Assembly (NCBI GenBank): GCA_051294375.1
Contig: JBJCIZ010000744.1
Location: forward strand, 725,076-789,075
From: Paraspadella gotoi
Taxonomy: Eukaryota > Animalia > Chaetognatha
DNA length: 64,000 nt
Direction: 5' to 3'
Under the pieces are notes generated by a model. It made no database searches. It saw only the letters and a list, made by a program, of their open reading frames with translations, and was not told the DNA's origin. Position 1 is the first letter of the stretch; each line of letters opens with the position of its first letter. This document shows, piece by piece, positions 11,278 through 24,221 of this stretch. A program made the translations under genes and the position numbers.

Positions 11278-14200
11278 ATTATATGTTCAATATCTCGTTG
11301 TATCTTAACTGTAACTTCGCAGCCCATACGCGATGGCAGGCACAATTTTTTATTTCAATTTACCACCGGTCTAATTTTGAATCAACAAGAAAAACCGATT
11401 TTTTACATACACTTTTACCTCACGGACGCTGAGAGTGTAGAAAGGCGGAAGATCGCACTTCGCGCCCACCGTCATTTGCAGAATCGGCACAACTCGACGA
11501 CGGAATCACTCCAGTCCCATAAAGCATTCTTTAATATTCCGAAATGACACACGATCATCTTTTAAAGTTGGGGTCGTTTGATGGGAGGGAGATATTTAAT
11601 CTCGGATTGCAGTTTTTAAGCGGAGGAAAGAGCGGAATGCGATCTCCGCACAATTCACGTCGCGACCAGCAATGCACCGAACGTTTGGCCAGCCGACTGA
11701 TAGGCTTCGATGCGTCACAGAACAGGTAACCAGCAAATTCCCGCAAAAAGTTGACTCGACACGACACATTTTAATAATTTCAGTTTTTGAACGAAGATCG
11801 CAGCTCGGGAAAACTACCAAAAAGTCGTGAGAAAAAGTAGGGAGAGAGTGTAATGATTACTATGATTAGTAATCAGTAGCGCTCTTCCCGGAAAACACAA
11901 AAATTATAATCTCAAGAAAAAAAACAAAGGGCAAACTGATATCAGAACGAAAATTTTTTCCCATCCCATTTAATATTGGACAACCTGACGACGCCACTGA
12001 TATAAACGCTGGACTCGTCTCCTTCGCAATGTACTTCCCAGCGGTCGCTCAAACGCGCATCGACGACGGTGACGAGAGTAGACGTCATCTCTACCGACCG
12101 AATCGCGAAAACGAGCTCGTCCATTCTCGGGTGAGCTTCCCGTGTGACGCCGTATGTTCACGTAGTCTTGCGTGTTCGCAGGCGTCCAACTTCGACCAGG
12201 GATGCGGACCAAGGACGATGGGCAAAGGAAAGAAGGAAAAGTGGAAGCAGAGCAAAGAACGGCGAGAACGTTTGGAACTCCACTTGACGCCGGAGAACGG
12301 CGAGGCAAGGCATTGAACAAAGAGGAAACCCGAGAGAAGACACATTATTGTCATTTATAAAGTAAAATGATTTTTTAATGAGTATCTTATTATATAACTT
12401 TATACAATCGTCAGTCGCTTACGTTATAGTAATTTCAAAGAAAAATTCTTAGGCCAGAAAAAGCCCAAAAATCTAACGAATTGAATCAAACAACATTCCC
12501 ATGATTGGACCGAGAACAAGTGAGACGTCCACGGAAAAAAAACCCAAAAAGCATTGATGACAGAAACAAAATAGGGAAAACCGAACACTAAATAAATGTC
12601 GAAGTAAAGACATAATGAAAACAATGCATACTCATATAACTTAAATACATTGATTATGGGAAGCTGTCGGACTTCTGCTTAAACATATTTTTCCGCGAAA
12701 AATGTTAATCTAATTCATTGTTAGTTATAAACAAACAGAATACCTAACGCGACTCAGACACCGTCCGAAATCGATGTCATCCGATTCGCAGACAAAATTT
12801 CCCCAGCGTCTTCGAGCGAAATTCCTTTGATTCTGCAAGAAGTAATACCGTGAGATCCTTCGCCGACGAAAGAATATCTTAGGATTTTTCAATCTGTGAG
12901 ATGGGAGTTAATACCGTCATAGAGCGATCATCTTGACTGAATCTGTATTGGCCGACCAAGTCCACGGAGGCGGAACGAAGCATGAGCAGGAAAGCTCGAC
13001 GTCGGCGCAGAGAAAAGCCGTGCTGTTGAGTCGGAAGCGAACGAGGTCGTCAAATCGAGAGGAAAATAGGATAAAGCGGAAAAGACGAAAGATTCATATT
13101 TTGATAAGAGAGTGAGACTCAGCATGAGAAATAAAATTGGAAAGATAAAGCAGATGAGAATAAACAGGATAAGAGACAAGCGATTCGACCTGGATAGCAG
13201 AACCTCCAGCGGTTTGAAAATAAAAACACAAAAGCAGCAATGGGACTGGTAAACTTTGTATTGACTGTAATATAGTAACTAAAAGACTTACAGGAGAAAA
13301 CAGTATATCTTCTTTAAAAATTAAGTTTAACAATACCAATGAAAACCGTGGCACACAACCACAACATACGTCTTAAATACTTAAAACATTAACTATGGTT
13401 GTCGAGAAAAAGCATCTCCTTGAGCAACGAATTTCGCCAGCGTCCTCGGGTTTAACGTTAGATATCGATAAAGTTTATTTGTTTTCTCCGCCATAAATTG
13501 TAACTAATTTTGAAAGATTGGGATGACGCTTTGTTCACAGCCATAGGCAAGAGTCTTCTGTTGTCGGCTTTGGGGCGAACCAGGCCAAAGCAGGTGGAAT
13601 GAAATGAAGAAAACATGTCACAATATCGATATTGGTGCCCCTCGAAAAGCACTCTTTGTAACTGAACACGATTGACAACAGACAACGAAATTGTACAAAA
13701 ATGCAAAAAGTGAAAAATGCCACGGCCAACTGCGTTTTAAGGACAAGAGAGAAAATTAGAGAATAACTTGATATAGAAAAAAGTCATTCCATGAACTATA
13801 CAGACGAAGCAAGAGACTCAAGAAGGATGAAAATATAACGAAAATAACAGACAGGGCAACTTGGAAGATGCTTAAAGTCTATATAATTTTTATATTGTTT
13901 CATTTCCACAATTTTTGGCAGTATTTTTTTAAATGACGATAATAAAGATAAAGAAAAGTTGAGATACGCAAAATTAGTTCTCGTTTTGTTATAACATTCT
14001 AAACTTAAAATTACGATAACTTTAAGAAAATATTAATTTAATCATTGACCCATACCTTACGACGTCGTCAGCAAAGACGCGACGAAGCGTCGCCTTCACA
14101 ACAACAAACTCCCCCGCGTCAGAAAACTCTCGACTTTTCTCGATGAGAAGGACATAAACGGATTCTTTTTTTGCGAAAAAGAATATCTGGGAATTCTTAA

Positions 14201-16281
14201 ATCGCGGATGCCGATTTTTTCCATCACTGGTCAGCATCTTGTATTTTCCTCATTGCGTCCCAGTTCCAGGGGGATAATTGAGATTCGCAATTTAAATTCA
14301 ACCGAGGAATCTCCGTGAGAACCGTAGTTTAAAATCCACGACGGCGTGAACCGGCGCGGTAATTATGAAAAGTGCAACCACGAGAGCAAACAGTTTTGAT
14401 ATCATTTTGAATTTCGTTTGTGAATGAATCGGGAATGAATTTGTAGAATTTATCTCAGTATAAACCAGTAAGAAGACGCTAAGCGAGGGAAAAAGAAAAT
14501 CTGAAATGTGGGAGACAAAAGAACGCGCCGATCTGTTAAAACAAAAGGAATAAGTTTTTTTAAGCCAACCTGACAACGTTAAGAACGAATTGTTGATAAA
14601 CTCTCCATCGCAACAATCTTTCCCGCATCCGAGGAATTGACCGCTCGAAATTGAAACGACGTATTGTTTTCACTTTTGTTAATAATAACGGTGAATCTTT
14701 CAAGTTCGGGATGTGGTCGCTTCCCATAAGCCAGGTCCGATGCTCTTCCTCTTTAGGACCGAACCACGACCAAGTCGGCGCAAAAGAGGAGAGACAAATA
14801 AAGTCCACGGAGGCTCCAAACCAAATAGTTTTGATATCAGAAGCGTCAGAGAGTACAAAGTTTATTTTGTAAAGTAATAACAGTAAAAACCACATAACTG
14901 TGAAAAGCCCATGATTCTAATTTCGATTGAAAACTATTTGGACGACTTGGGGAGCGAATCTAACTCGTATAGACGCCTGTTGTCGTAATCAAAATCTTTT
15001 CAAACAAAAACAAAAGGTCTAGAGGATAGACACTAGACACAAGACAGACGAAGTAGGTTTATATCTTATTGAATGTAATTTCAAAGAGGCTCAGCTCCAT
15101 CGCAGTTTACAATAGTGAATTGATATAATTCGATAAGAAAAGAATAGGTTTATTATTATTCATAAACAAATAAATATAAACCATTAGCTTTCTCTTACCT
15201 CAAAACGGCGACTAGATAAACCGTCGACGAATCTCCTTCGCACACTATATTTCCCCCGCATCCCCCAACGCAACATTGGAAATTTTCAAGAAATAAACTG
15301 ATTGAACTTTTTCTAAAAAAAACCCGCGGATCATCCCAGTTTGGATGCTTCCCGTTAACCCTATGATGCGATATGTTCCGCTGCTCGGCTCTTTTAGCCA
15401 GGGAGGTGGACAACGACGAGGAACATTTCAGCTCGACGTTGGTCCCCATAATTACGCTTAGTTCAGATTCCTCGCATAAAAGTCACAAAGACAAAGGTGG
15501 AAATTAAAATTATTTGGCGAAACATCCTTGAGATAATAGTCAGAAAAAAATGCAAGCACTTTGCTAGGAGAAATTTTTGATCACCGACTCAAGAATCAGA
15601 CACATGGAGCCACCACACTTTGAAATCAACCATTAAAAAACAAAAAGACACGGGACTACCAACAACAAGTTATTCTTTTTTTGAAAACGATTTCATAAGA
15701 ACAAATTAAAATTCATCATTATTGAGAAAAAAATGAAAGAAAAAGAAAAAAAATAAAAATATAAAAAGAAAGACAGAAAGAAAAAAGTCAGTACCTAATT
15801 AAGTTAAGAACGATCTGATGCGAAAACATCTCCATCACAGACAATTTCCCGCATCAATTTGTTCAAATTTGAAAATGAACACGGAATACTCATCGTTCTC
15901 CTTTTGAAAAACATAACGAGAATCCTTGAGATTGGATGCTATTAGTTCCCGAAGCAAGGGTTTTATGTTGGTCCTGTTTAGAGCCAAACCACAAGCCAAG
16001 TCGGAGGAAACGCGAATGAGCAAGATATTTTTACTGAAGAGTTAACAAGTTTGTGATTACGGTTTGTTTTGAGGAAACCAAGCCCAAACTGATGAAGAAA
16101 GGATTTATACATTTGCTCGAAAGAAAAATATTGCAGTTAATAAAAATCAGACAAATTGAAAAAGGATACGGATATGTTGCGACACCAAAACGGATAATAA
16201 AAAAATTAAAGTCAACAAATGCTCATTCGATCTTTATGCATGAATAACTAAACTGAAAAAACAGATTATACAATGATATAC
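11278..16281 (-). repeat. Indel-rich tandem second copy of 6091-11055 (cassettes V5-V12)
   Basis: Colinear match to the first block with dense 1-bp indels, heaviest at the left end (looks like unpolished long-read sequence); continues at 18539-18612 and from 19760. Confidence 0.9.
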
Positions 16282-18538
16282 GACACAATGAAAAATGGCG
16301 TAACGTTACTGTTCCGTGCATAAAAAAATTCACTGTTTAATATTATTATATTTCTTTATGTTTTGAAACAGTTATAGTTATCATTATGTATGAATCCAAA
16401 ATATCAATGCAAAATCTTTTTTGTTTTTTAATATGACTGAATATAGGGTGAAAGATGATAATTTTATTTTTAAAAAGTTTACTACTTCATTCAATTTATT
16501 CATAGAATTGTAAATAGAAAAAATAAAAAAAAATAATAGTACTAATAGTTAGTGTTACCGTCTCAAATAGGAATGAAAAAAAAAACCATCTCATTTAAAA
16601 ATTCGATCGGGAACGATGGGGTAACTAAGGCTTACCAATGCATCCTCCAAGCCGATTGTTCTCTCAAATAATTTTTTTTATTTTATACATTTGAGGGAAA
16701 AAAAGAAAATTTGGAAATGCAGGTTGCAGAAAGGGTACAGATAATCTGGACTTATTGACATGATAACCATGACCTTTTATATCTTTGTGAAATGGGGCAG
16801 TAAAGAAATCTAAAAAATTTCCATCATTTAAGTCAGTCAATGAACCCTTCTAATGGGCTATTAGAGAAATATTTTTTCTTAATAAAATGGATGATAAATA
16901 ACATAGAATTAAATTCCTTGCTATATTAAAAAAAATTATCAATAACAATTTAAAACTCAATAAATGTTTGCTTTGTCAATATGTTACCCAGCTATATAAA
17001 ATTTTTTTACAACTTATTATGATAAACAAGCAGTGTGTCAAGCTTTAGTTTGCAGTTAAAAGATAAATGAAAAATAACGATTTTTTTTCACAGACAAGAA
17101 GGTAGATGTGGCAGCCTGTTTATATCAAGCTGAAAAACATTTTTGTATTTATTAATTTTTAATATTTAAAAATACATTTTATCAAGCTATAACATAAAAT
17201 TTTTTTGCTTGTTTTTTACCTTAACCTTGAAAAATAATAAGCAATTTTATGGAAATAAAAAAAATTTAATAATAAACAAAATGTAATTCCGTTTTCCTTT
17301 TTCAAATTATAAAAGAAAAAGAAAAAAATAATATGCCTTCATTGAAATTTTTAAAAAGCAAAAAACTGTTATACTTTTAACTCCTGATTTAAACAAAGCT
17401 GTGCAAAGATTTATGGATTTAATTTAAATAAAACCTTTTAGAAAGGTGTCACATGATAGGCTTTAATTTGATACGCACATCCACCTTGCTACCTCTTTTC
17501 TTTCAAAATTTATAAAAAAATAACTTTTTTTTAAATTACGCAGTACAAATCTTTGTTAATAAAAAATTTCGGCAAAGCGGGAGTATCTCACTATTTACTA
17601 ATTGACAATACTTAAATTTCAAAAAATAAACTTGAAGAAAATTTTTTGTCAATTTGAGATATATCACTTTCAATGTACCCCATGTCTATAATAATTTATT
17701 TATTTATTTCCCGCCAAAAAAGCCTAATTAAGAAAAGTTGAAATTTTTTTTCAAAAAATTGTGGGAAAAAAATATTTGTCCGACTTGCTCATTGAGAATA
17801 ATGTTTTGCAAGAAAATCAAAATATCAAAAAATAAAAAAAAATCCGCCTCTGAAAAATCGAAAAGCTAGAGGCTGATTTTTTAGATTGCAAAATTTTTTC
17901 CTGACTCATACCATTATTCCAAAGTTTCAAATATTTTTTTCCAACAAACATTCAATCAATTTTTTTTTATTAATTTAAAATGTTTTAATGATGTTGTTTT
18001 TGTTTGAAAGAATTAGAAAAAAAAGAGTGAAAAATAGTAATTATAATAAGTTTTTTGAAAATACCATTTAAAATATTAAATAATTAGACCAAGGGGAGTA
18101 AGCAAGACTTCCCATTCATAAAGAAATTGAAATGAATTTGTCATATTGTTTATTTAAGATTAATTGACTAATTACAAACAAATGATTCATATAAATTTAG
18201 GAAATGATGGGTAAAAAATATTCATCTGGGTCTCGGTTAACTATTAAGGTTAGTCGTTAAAGTTTTGTTTTAAAATAATATTAATATTTTTTGCATTTTA
18301 TAAAGCAATGGTCCTAAAATTTTGTAAGCGTTTCGACTATAATTGCTTCCTTTTTTACTATTTTGATCTAGTTAGCTTTTTTGTTGAATGGTCAAGGGTT
18401 ATGGTCAGATACAGTAATGTCGCAGTAGTCTATATCCGCACATATTACCAAAAGTAATGATCAATTAATTTGGCTCAGAACAATTAAAGGGAGCAATATC
18501 AACACGAGACGTTACGGCCACGTTATTTTCATTGTGTC
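16282..18538. mobile_element. Non-autonomous TIR DNA transposon, about 2.26 kb, 4-bp TSD ATAC
   Basis: Ends GACACAATGAAAA ... TTTTCATTGTGTC; ATAC duplicated at 16278-16281 and 18539-18542; empty site visible in the other copy at ~11049-11065; very AT-rich with no ORF. Confidence 0.9.
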
Positions 18539-18612
18539 ATACATACTTTGAAATTAATATATATGGCATAATTTTTCCTGAATCAAATAATGCTTTAAAA
18601 TTTTTTTAATGC

Positions 18613-19760
18613 TCCTTGTAATAGGCTGCCTCATCTCACTTAGAATTTTCGATGTTTCTTTGTCCAAAACCGCGGGAAAAGGATCTGGTTTCTTAGGCTT
18701 GTCGGCGCGTTGGAGGGCCTCCTGGCAGCGCGGGTGCCGCAATGGCGGCCGTCGACGTGCAGCGCGAGGAGTCAACCTCCTGCCTGTGAGTTGGCGGTGC
18801 CTCAGCCAATCGTCGTAATTCTTCCCCTGGCTCCCGTGAGTCTGAGACTCAAAATGGCGGAAAAAAGTGAAGACGTTTGATCTCGGAGGCGTCGTCTCGA
18901 TCTCCTCGTCGCGATGCCTGGCGATGGAGAACGATATCCTCGCCTCGAGTTCTGCTGCGACGCGAAAGGAATGTGACTGAGATCGAGTGGTTGTTCCTGT
19001 GGTGGGCAACGGCATCGATAAAACTGCCGCGGCGTTTGCGGCGTCGCTTCCGGTGACGCTGCGGCGTCGAATCTGACTGTTTAAGGTTGCGTGGCGCCCT
19101 TGGTTAAAGCACGGCGCTTTGTTCTTAGTCGGGTGCACCAATAGTGGCGAATTCACGGTCAAACGTCCGCCACCTCTCTTTCAACGGCGCTGATGAGACC
19201 TCTAGCGGCGTTTGGAATCAAAGAGTTTATCTGAACAGTTTTTCCTGTTCTGTAAAATTGTCGCGGAACAAAGTTCTTATTTTGTTCACAGCTTAAAAAT
19301 CATTACCTTAATAAAATAATGCAAAGCATATAGATATTCGATATATAGGAATATCTATATGACTCAACAAGCATAAAGTAATAACAGTAATAATATTAAT
19401 TGGTAACATTAACATGAAATAGCATTAATACTTAGGAAATAATCGTTTAAAAATCAATGTAGAAGAAGTTCTTTGTAAGAAAGACAAAGGAAATAAAAGT
19501 GATAGAATGAAAATTGTATACACTACTACTAGTGTTACCTAGTAAAAAACTATAAATGATTATAATGTTCTTTTGTTTCCACATGAATATACTATCATGT
19601 TATCCATAATTAGCACAATTGGAATATCTTATGGTAAGGCCTGAAGTGTGGAAACCACTAAATATAGTTCGTCACAACATTTCCGGGATCGAATCCCCGA
19701 ATGACTCTTTTTTATTTTAGTTGAGTTTGAAATTAAATAAGGCGGGATAGAATCCCACAC
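18613..19760 (-). mobile_element. Second insertion absent from the first copy; GC-rich part possibly a retroelement gag-like fragment
   Basis: Replaces ~15 bp present at 11126-11140. GC-rich ORF (..GSQGKNYDDWLRH..) preceded on the minus strand by TGGTGCACCCGA at ~19129-19140 (PBS-like). Family assignment is weak inference. Confidence 0.4.
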
Positions 19761-19764
19761 TTAA

Positions 19765-20139
19765 CTCAAAACAGAAACAATGTAAATGTCACGGGAGAGT
19801 CACTGCCACACGAACATACTTTCCAGGCGTCGCCATGTGTTATTTGCCGCAGATTTTAATTCCATAATTCGAACCATCGTTAGCAAAGAGAAAACGTGAA
19901 TTTTTCCAGTTAGGATGTTTTTTGCCATTAGCACCAAATGATTTGGTAATCGTCTTTCCAAGGCCCCGCTCCTCTTGGACAAGGAGGTGGAAAGAGAAAT
20001 GNNNNNNNNNNNNNNNNNNNNNNNNNCAAGTTAACTCGCCATCAGCGCCAAGGAAAAAATTAATATGCTTATCATCGGCAGCAGCAAAATACGAGGCTAT
20101 GCTGCACGAGATAAAAAAGATTGTGGGAAAAAGATTCAT
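19765..20139 (-). pseudogene. Variable cassette V13 (gap and indels)
   Basis: MNLFPTIFFISCSIASYFAAADDKHINFFLGADGELT..NGKKHPNWKNSRF..; 3' end matches 11145-11268. Confidence 0.82.
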
Positions 20140-20426
20140 TTTAGTATGAAATATTTTTACAGAATAAGTTGGATAGGTTTTCCTTTCAGTCAACCATGAA
20201 GTAAATTTTAGAAACCGACTCCTAGAGACGCTTTGGGATTAAAAAAAAATAATTGCGGAAAACAAAAGGTAACAGAAAAATATCCGAAAAATAATTTACC
20301 TCTCACCCAAAAATATTTTTAAAAACTTGGGCATTGATAAATATTAAATAAGCATAAAAATCCATAATGCATTCTAATTCAGACCGAAGTGAAAAAAAAT
20401 TTAAAAAAGATATCACATAAAATTAC

Positions 20427-20761
20427 CTGACAACATTAAGAATAGTAACTTCGTATTCATCGCCATCGCATACAAACTTTCCCGCGTCGCTTGACTTTAC
20501 GTTTGTTATTTTTAAAAAGTACTCATTTTGATTTTTAGTGAAATCGTATCTTGGCTCGTTGAGGTTTGGGTGAGCTTTAACACCGGCGATGGCCAAGGTT
20601 TTAGGACGACCCTCTTTTCTGCTATACCACATCCAAGGTGGCGGAAAAGAGGATTTACAAGATATCGCGATGTTTGTTCCCAACAAGGCGCTGAGATTAA
20701 CCAAGCAACAGCAAGGACACAAGATAAAAATAAGGAAATAAGCGAAAATAATGATCTTCAT
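20427..20761 (-). CDS. Variable cassette V14
   Basis: MKIIIFAYFLIFILCPCCC..ISCKSSFPPPWMW..HPNLNEPRY..DAGKFVCDGD..ILNVV AG|GTAA. Confidence 0.93.
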
Positions 20762-21057
20762 CTTGTAATAAGAAACGGAATTAATATTAAACAGAAAGAC
20801 TAAAAAATGGACAAGTCGAAATATACAGCAAGACAGATGAAGACCACTAAGCCCGCCTGGCGTTGAAAAAGTCAATTTAGGATAAACAAAATGCTGATCA
20901 ACTCAAAATTACTTGAAGAATAGCTTATAATCTAGAACTTATAATGAATGAATACATAAATTTAATGAGAAATTTGTAAACGAAGAGCGAATTAAAAAAA
21001 AACAACAACCCCTGGAAACCATAAAAAATAAGAAATAAATAAAAAGTGTCCGATTAC

Positions 21058-21392
21058 CTCACAACATTCAAGATTGAAGTGTCGTATGAATCGCCGATGC
21101 AAACAAAGGTACCAGAATCGGAGAGATGCACATTTGAAATTACGATGGAATAAAGGTTTTCCTTCTTAGTAAAAGCGTATCTGGGATTTTTATTGGTAGG
21201 GTGCACATCAGTACCAGCAACGGCCAGTATAAGGTTTTTTCGTTGTTTCGGCCCAGTCCACTGCCAAGTCGGAACTATCTTCGATCGACAAGTTAAATTT
21301 ACTCTCGATCCGGTTACAGAACTGATGACAGAACCTTCTGATTTAATGACAACCAGGCTGACAAGCAACAACGAAGTCAAAACGCTCTTCAT
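21058..21392 (-). CDS. Variable cassette V15
   Basis: MKSVLTSLLLVSLVVI..LTCRSKIVPTWQW..NPRY..DSGTFVCIGD..ILNVV AG|GTAA. Confidence 0.93.
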
Positions 21393-21646
21393 ATTTAGTT
21401 TTGTAATCGTCACACTTAAATAGGGTGTGAAAAAGCCTGAATCATACAAATAGAGACACCTTATGGGCCAAAATGTACATTATAAAACAAAAGACAGAAT
21501 CGGAAGAAAAGACAAGATAGTTATGATTCGGTATACAAACAAACGGTTCATAACCTACCTTATAATAACGCATATTTATCGTTGAAACTTCTAAAAACGA
21601 TAGTAGTAAGCATATTGCTTAGAACTTATTCCTGAGAAATAAATAC

Positions 21647-24122
21647 CTTACTACATTTAGCACGATCTGCAATATAGTAAATTTGAAAATCACCTTTCCA
21701 TCAACTTTTTATTTTACTTCAATTTAATGATTCCTTCCCATTATTCGATATTGTGGGTTATATAAGAAGTCTGGCTGTGGAAGACTTTAGTCTAAAATGT
21801 AAATAAAATGAATAAAGTTGAAAAGTGAAAACTTCAAGATTAAAAATATTAATATATGATGGTAAAAATCTATTGTCCGCCTCAATTCTATATTTTAGCT
21901 ATTAATTATTTTGACGTTCAAAAATGTAAGAATTGTATTTTTTTTGCCAATTTACCACATGTAGATTTCTCTAGTGGTCTTCTTCTATCATTCATATTGG
22001 TTGTACCATTTCATCAAAAAATTTTCATCTTTGTATAACGTCGTCTACTAGAACACGACTTCAGTTAGAAAAAAAATCGATAAATTATTAATCAAAATGA
22101 ACTCTTATTTACTTTGCTCTTTTCTTTACAAATTTGTACCTTGTTGCCACCACAACAAACTGCTTTATTACTGGGTTCAAAATATGGAAATAACATGTGA
22201 TTCTCTGTTCCCCTACTTGGAGCTGGGTGAGGAGGGAAAGAAATCAAACCGTAAAACTATATTGCTTTTCCGGAACGAATCCACATCCAAAATTGAATGA
22301 ACCTCGCTATGAATTTTCGCGAAAACAGGATTCTTATCAATTAAAAGTTTCGGGGTGTAACTCCCTCGACCGCTGGGAGATTTCTGCCATGGGGAAAATG
22401 ATGAAACCTTTATTCTAAATGTTAGTCAGGTAGAGATTTATTTTATTAATAGTAGACGACCTGAAAAATTGATTACTCCTTCACAGTTAAAAATTATATC
22501 TGGATGATTAAACTTGTTTTGTCACTTATAGCTCATTTAAAAATTGTGGATCAATTTTTTTTTATTTTTTGACTTTTGTAAACCACCCTCAATCACTTTT
22601 GTTTTACTTCTTTGTTGAGCAAAAAGGTCGCGAAGATGTCTCTACTAGGTTTCTTCCCTGTCGCCTCAGAGATGTTTGATGTCCAGTCTTTCAGAAAAAG
22701 AAACGTTTCTACTAATAACAAAATGGGTTTCATCTTTTTTTTTTCTTTTCCTTTCTGGTTTTTTGCCTTTTCTCTTCGCTAATGTAAACATTTCAACTTT
22801 TTAATTGGATCAAACTGATAAACTGGAATGTACTTCTTCCATCCCTCCCACCATGGTCAAAGTCGGGTCACCACGAGTTGGAGACTATCGTAAATAGGGG
22901 TCAATGGGAAAAAACATCGAAGTTCGACGATTCGCGTTACTCTTTCTCAATGATGGTTCTCGTTATATCATAGAAATTTCCAATGTTAAATTAACTGATG
23001 CTGGAAAATTCATTGTGAAGGAGATTCGGTATCAGCCTATTTTGTCACAGTAATGAGGTGAGAACCAACCTTAGCGTTCGTTAAAACCAAACTACGATGG
23101 GGTTGTCTTTTTTCTATGAGACATAAACTCTGAGAAACTGTTGGTGTCGCTATGAGTTTGATTCGGTGCTTGATTGGAATCTTTAAAAGGCGTTTTTCCA
23201 TTGTTGGTAAATTTGAAAGAACTCGATAGAAATAAAATCTAAACCATTCGTGACAATGAAACGGTTATTATCTTTTCTTATTTTTCATTTGTTTTCTGTC
23301 TCTGTTTTCTCATCTTCCGAGCCTCTCGTGAAAACAGTTCTCATTGGTTCTCCGCCGAAATCTCCTCGTTTCCAAGTTTCCCCCAGTTGGTTGTGGATGG
23401 GGTCCGAAGCAGACAGCGTGCCACGACTTTAAGCTTACGCCGGCATTCAACGAACATCCAAATCATAAAGATCCACGATATGATTTTTTAAAAGACCGAT
23501 GATCGATACAGCATAACCATTACGACACGTCAAGTCCTGACGCCGAAAATTTGGTTGTGACGGGACGCCTACAGCANNNNNNNNNNNNNNNNNNNNNNNN
23601 NNNNNNNNNNNNNNNNNNNNNNNNNNNNNNNNNNNNNNNNNNNNNNNNNNNNNNNNNNNNNNNNNNNNNNNNNNNNNNNNNNNNNNNNNNNNNNNNNNNN
23701 NNNNNNNNNNNNNNNNNNNNNNNNNNNNNNNNNNNNNNCGCAGACAAACTTTCCGGCGTCTGAGAATTTGAGGGAAGAGAGAAGCAGAGAATAATTGGAT
23801 CCGTTTTGAAGGAAAGAGAAACGAGGANNNNNNNNNNNNNNNNNNNNNNNNNNNNNNNNNNNNNNNNNNNNNNNNNNNNNNNNNNNNNNNNNNNNNNNNN
23901 NNNNNNNNNNNNNNNNNNNNNNNNNNNNNNNNNNNNNNNNNNNNNNNNNNNNNNNNNNNNNNNNNNNNNNNNNNNNNNNNNNNNNNNNNNNNNNNNNNNN
24001 NNNNNACTTTGGACTGGGACGAAGACCGTTCATGGTCAGCGTTTTATAATCGCTTCTTTTGTGACCGAACCACATCCAGGGTGGAGCAAAGGACGATTTG
24101 CAGGTTAAGGAGATTTTTTGTC
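21647..24122 (-). pseudogene. Variable cassette V16, in pieces (23739-24122 between gaps; probable 3' tip 21647-~21672) separated by an inverted block
   Basis: ISLTCKSSFAPPWMWFG..PRFSF..DAGKFVC at 23739-24122; LQIVLNVV AG|GTAT at 21647-21672. Joining the two pieces is inference. Confidence 0.6.
21700..23575 (+). repeat. Inverted copy of three cassettes (V19 at 22097-22429, V18 at 22723-23057, V17 at 23256-23575) with their upstream regions
   Basis: Reverse complement of ~32830-34190 followed by ~28115-28615/30010-30520; plus-strand ORFs MNSYLL.., MGFIFF.., MKRLLSFL..; AG|GT donors at 22429 and 23057; bounded on the right by an N gap. Confidence 0.88.
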
Positions 24123-24221
24123 NNNNNNNNNNNNNNNNNNNNNNNNNNNNNNNNNNNNNNNNNNNNNNNNNNNNNNNNNNNNNNNNNNNNNNNNNNNNNN
24201 NNNNNNNNNNNNNNNNNNNNN

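Noticed and set aside
11278-16281. Counting the frameshifted copies as genuine pseudogenes or as somatic hypermutation
   Set aside because: The differences are mostly scattered 1-bp indels in coding and non-coding DNA alike, with a gradient along the block, typical of unpolished long-read sequence.
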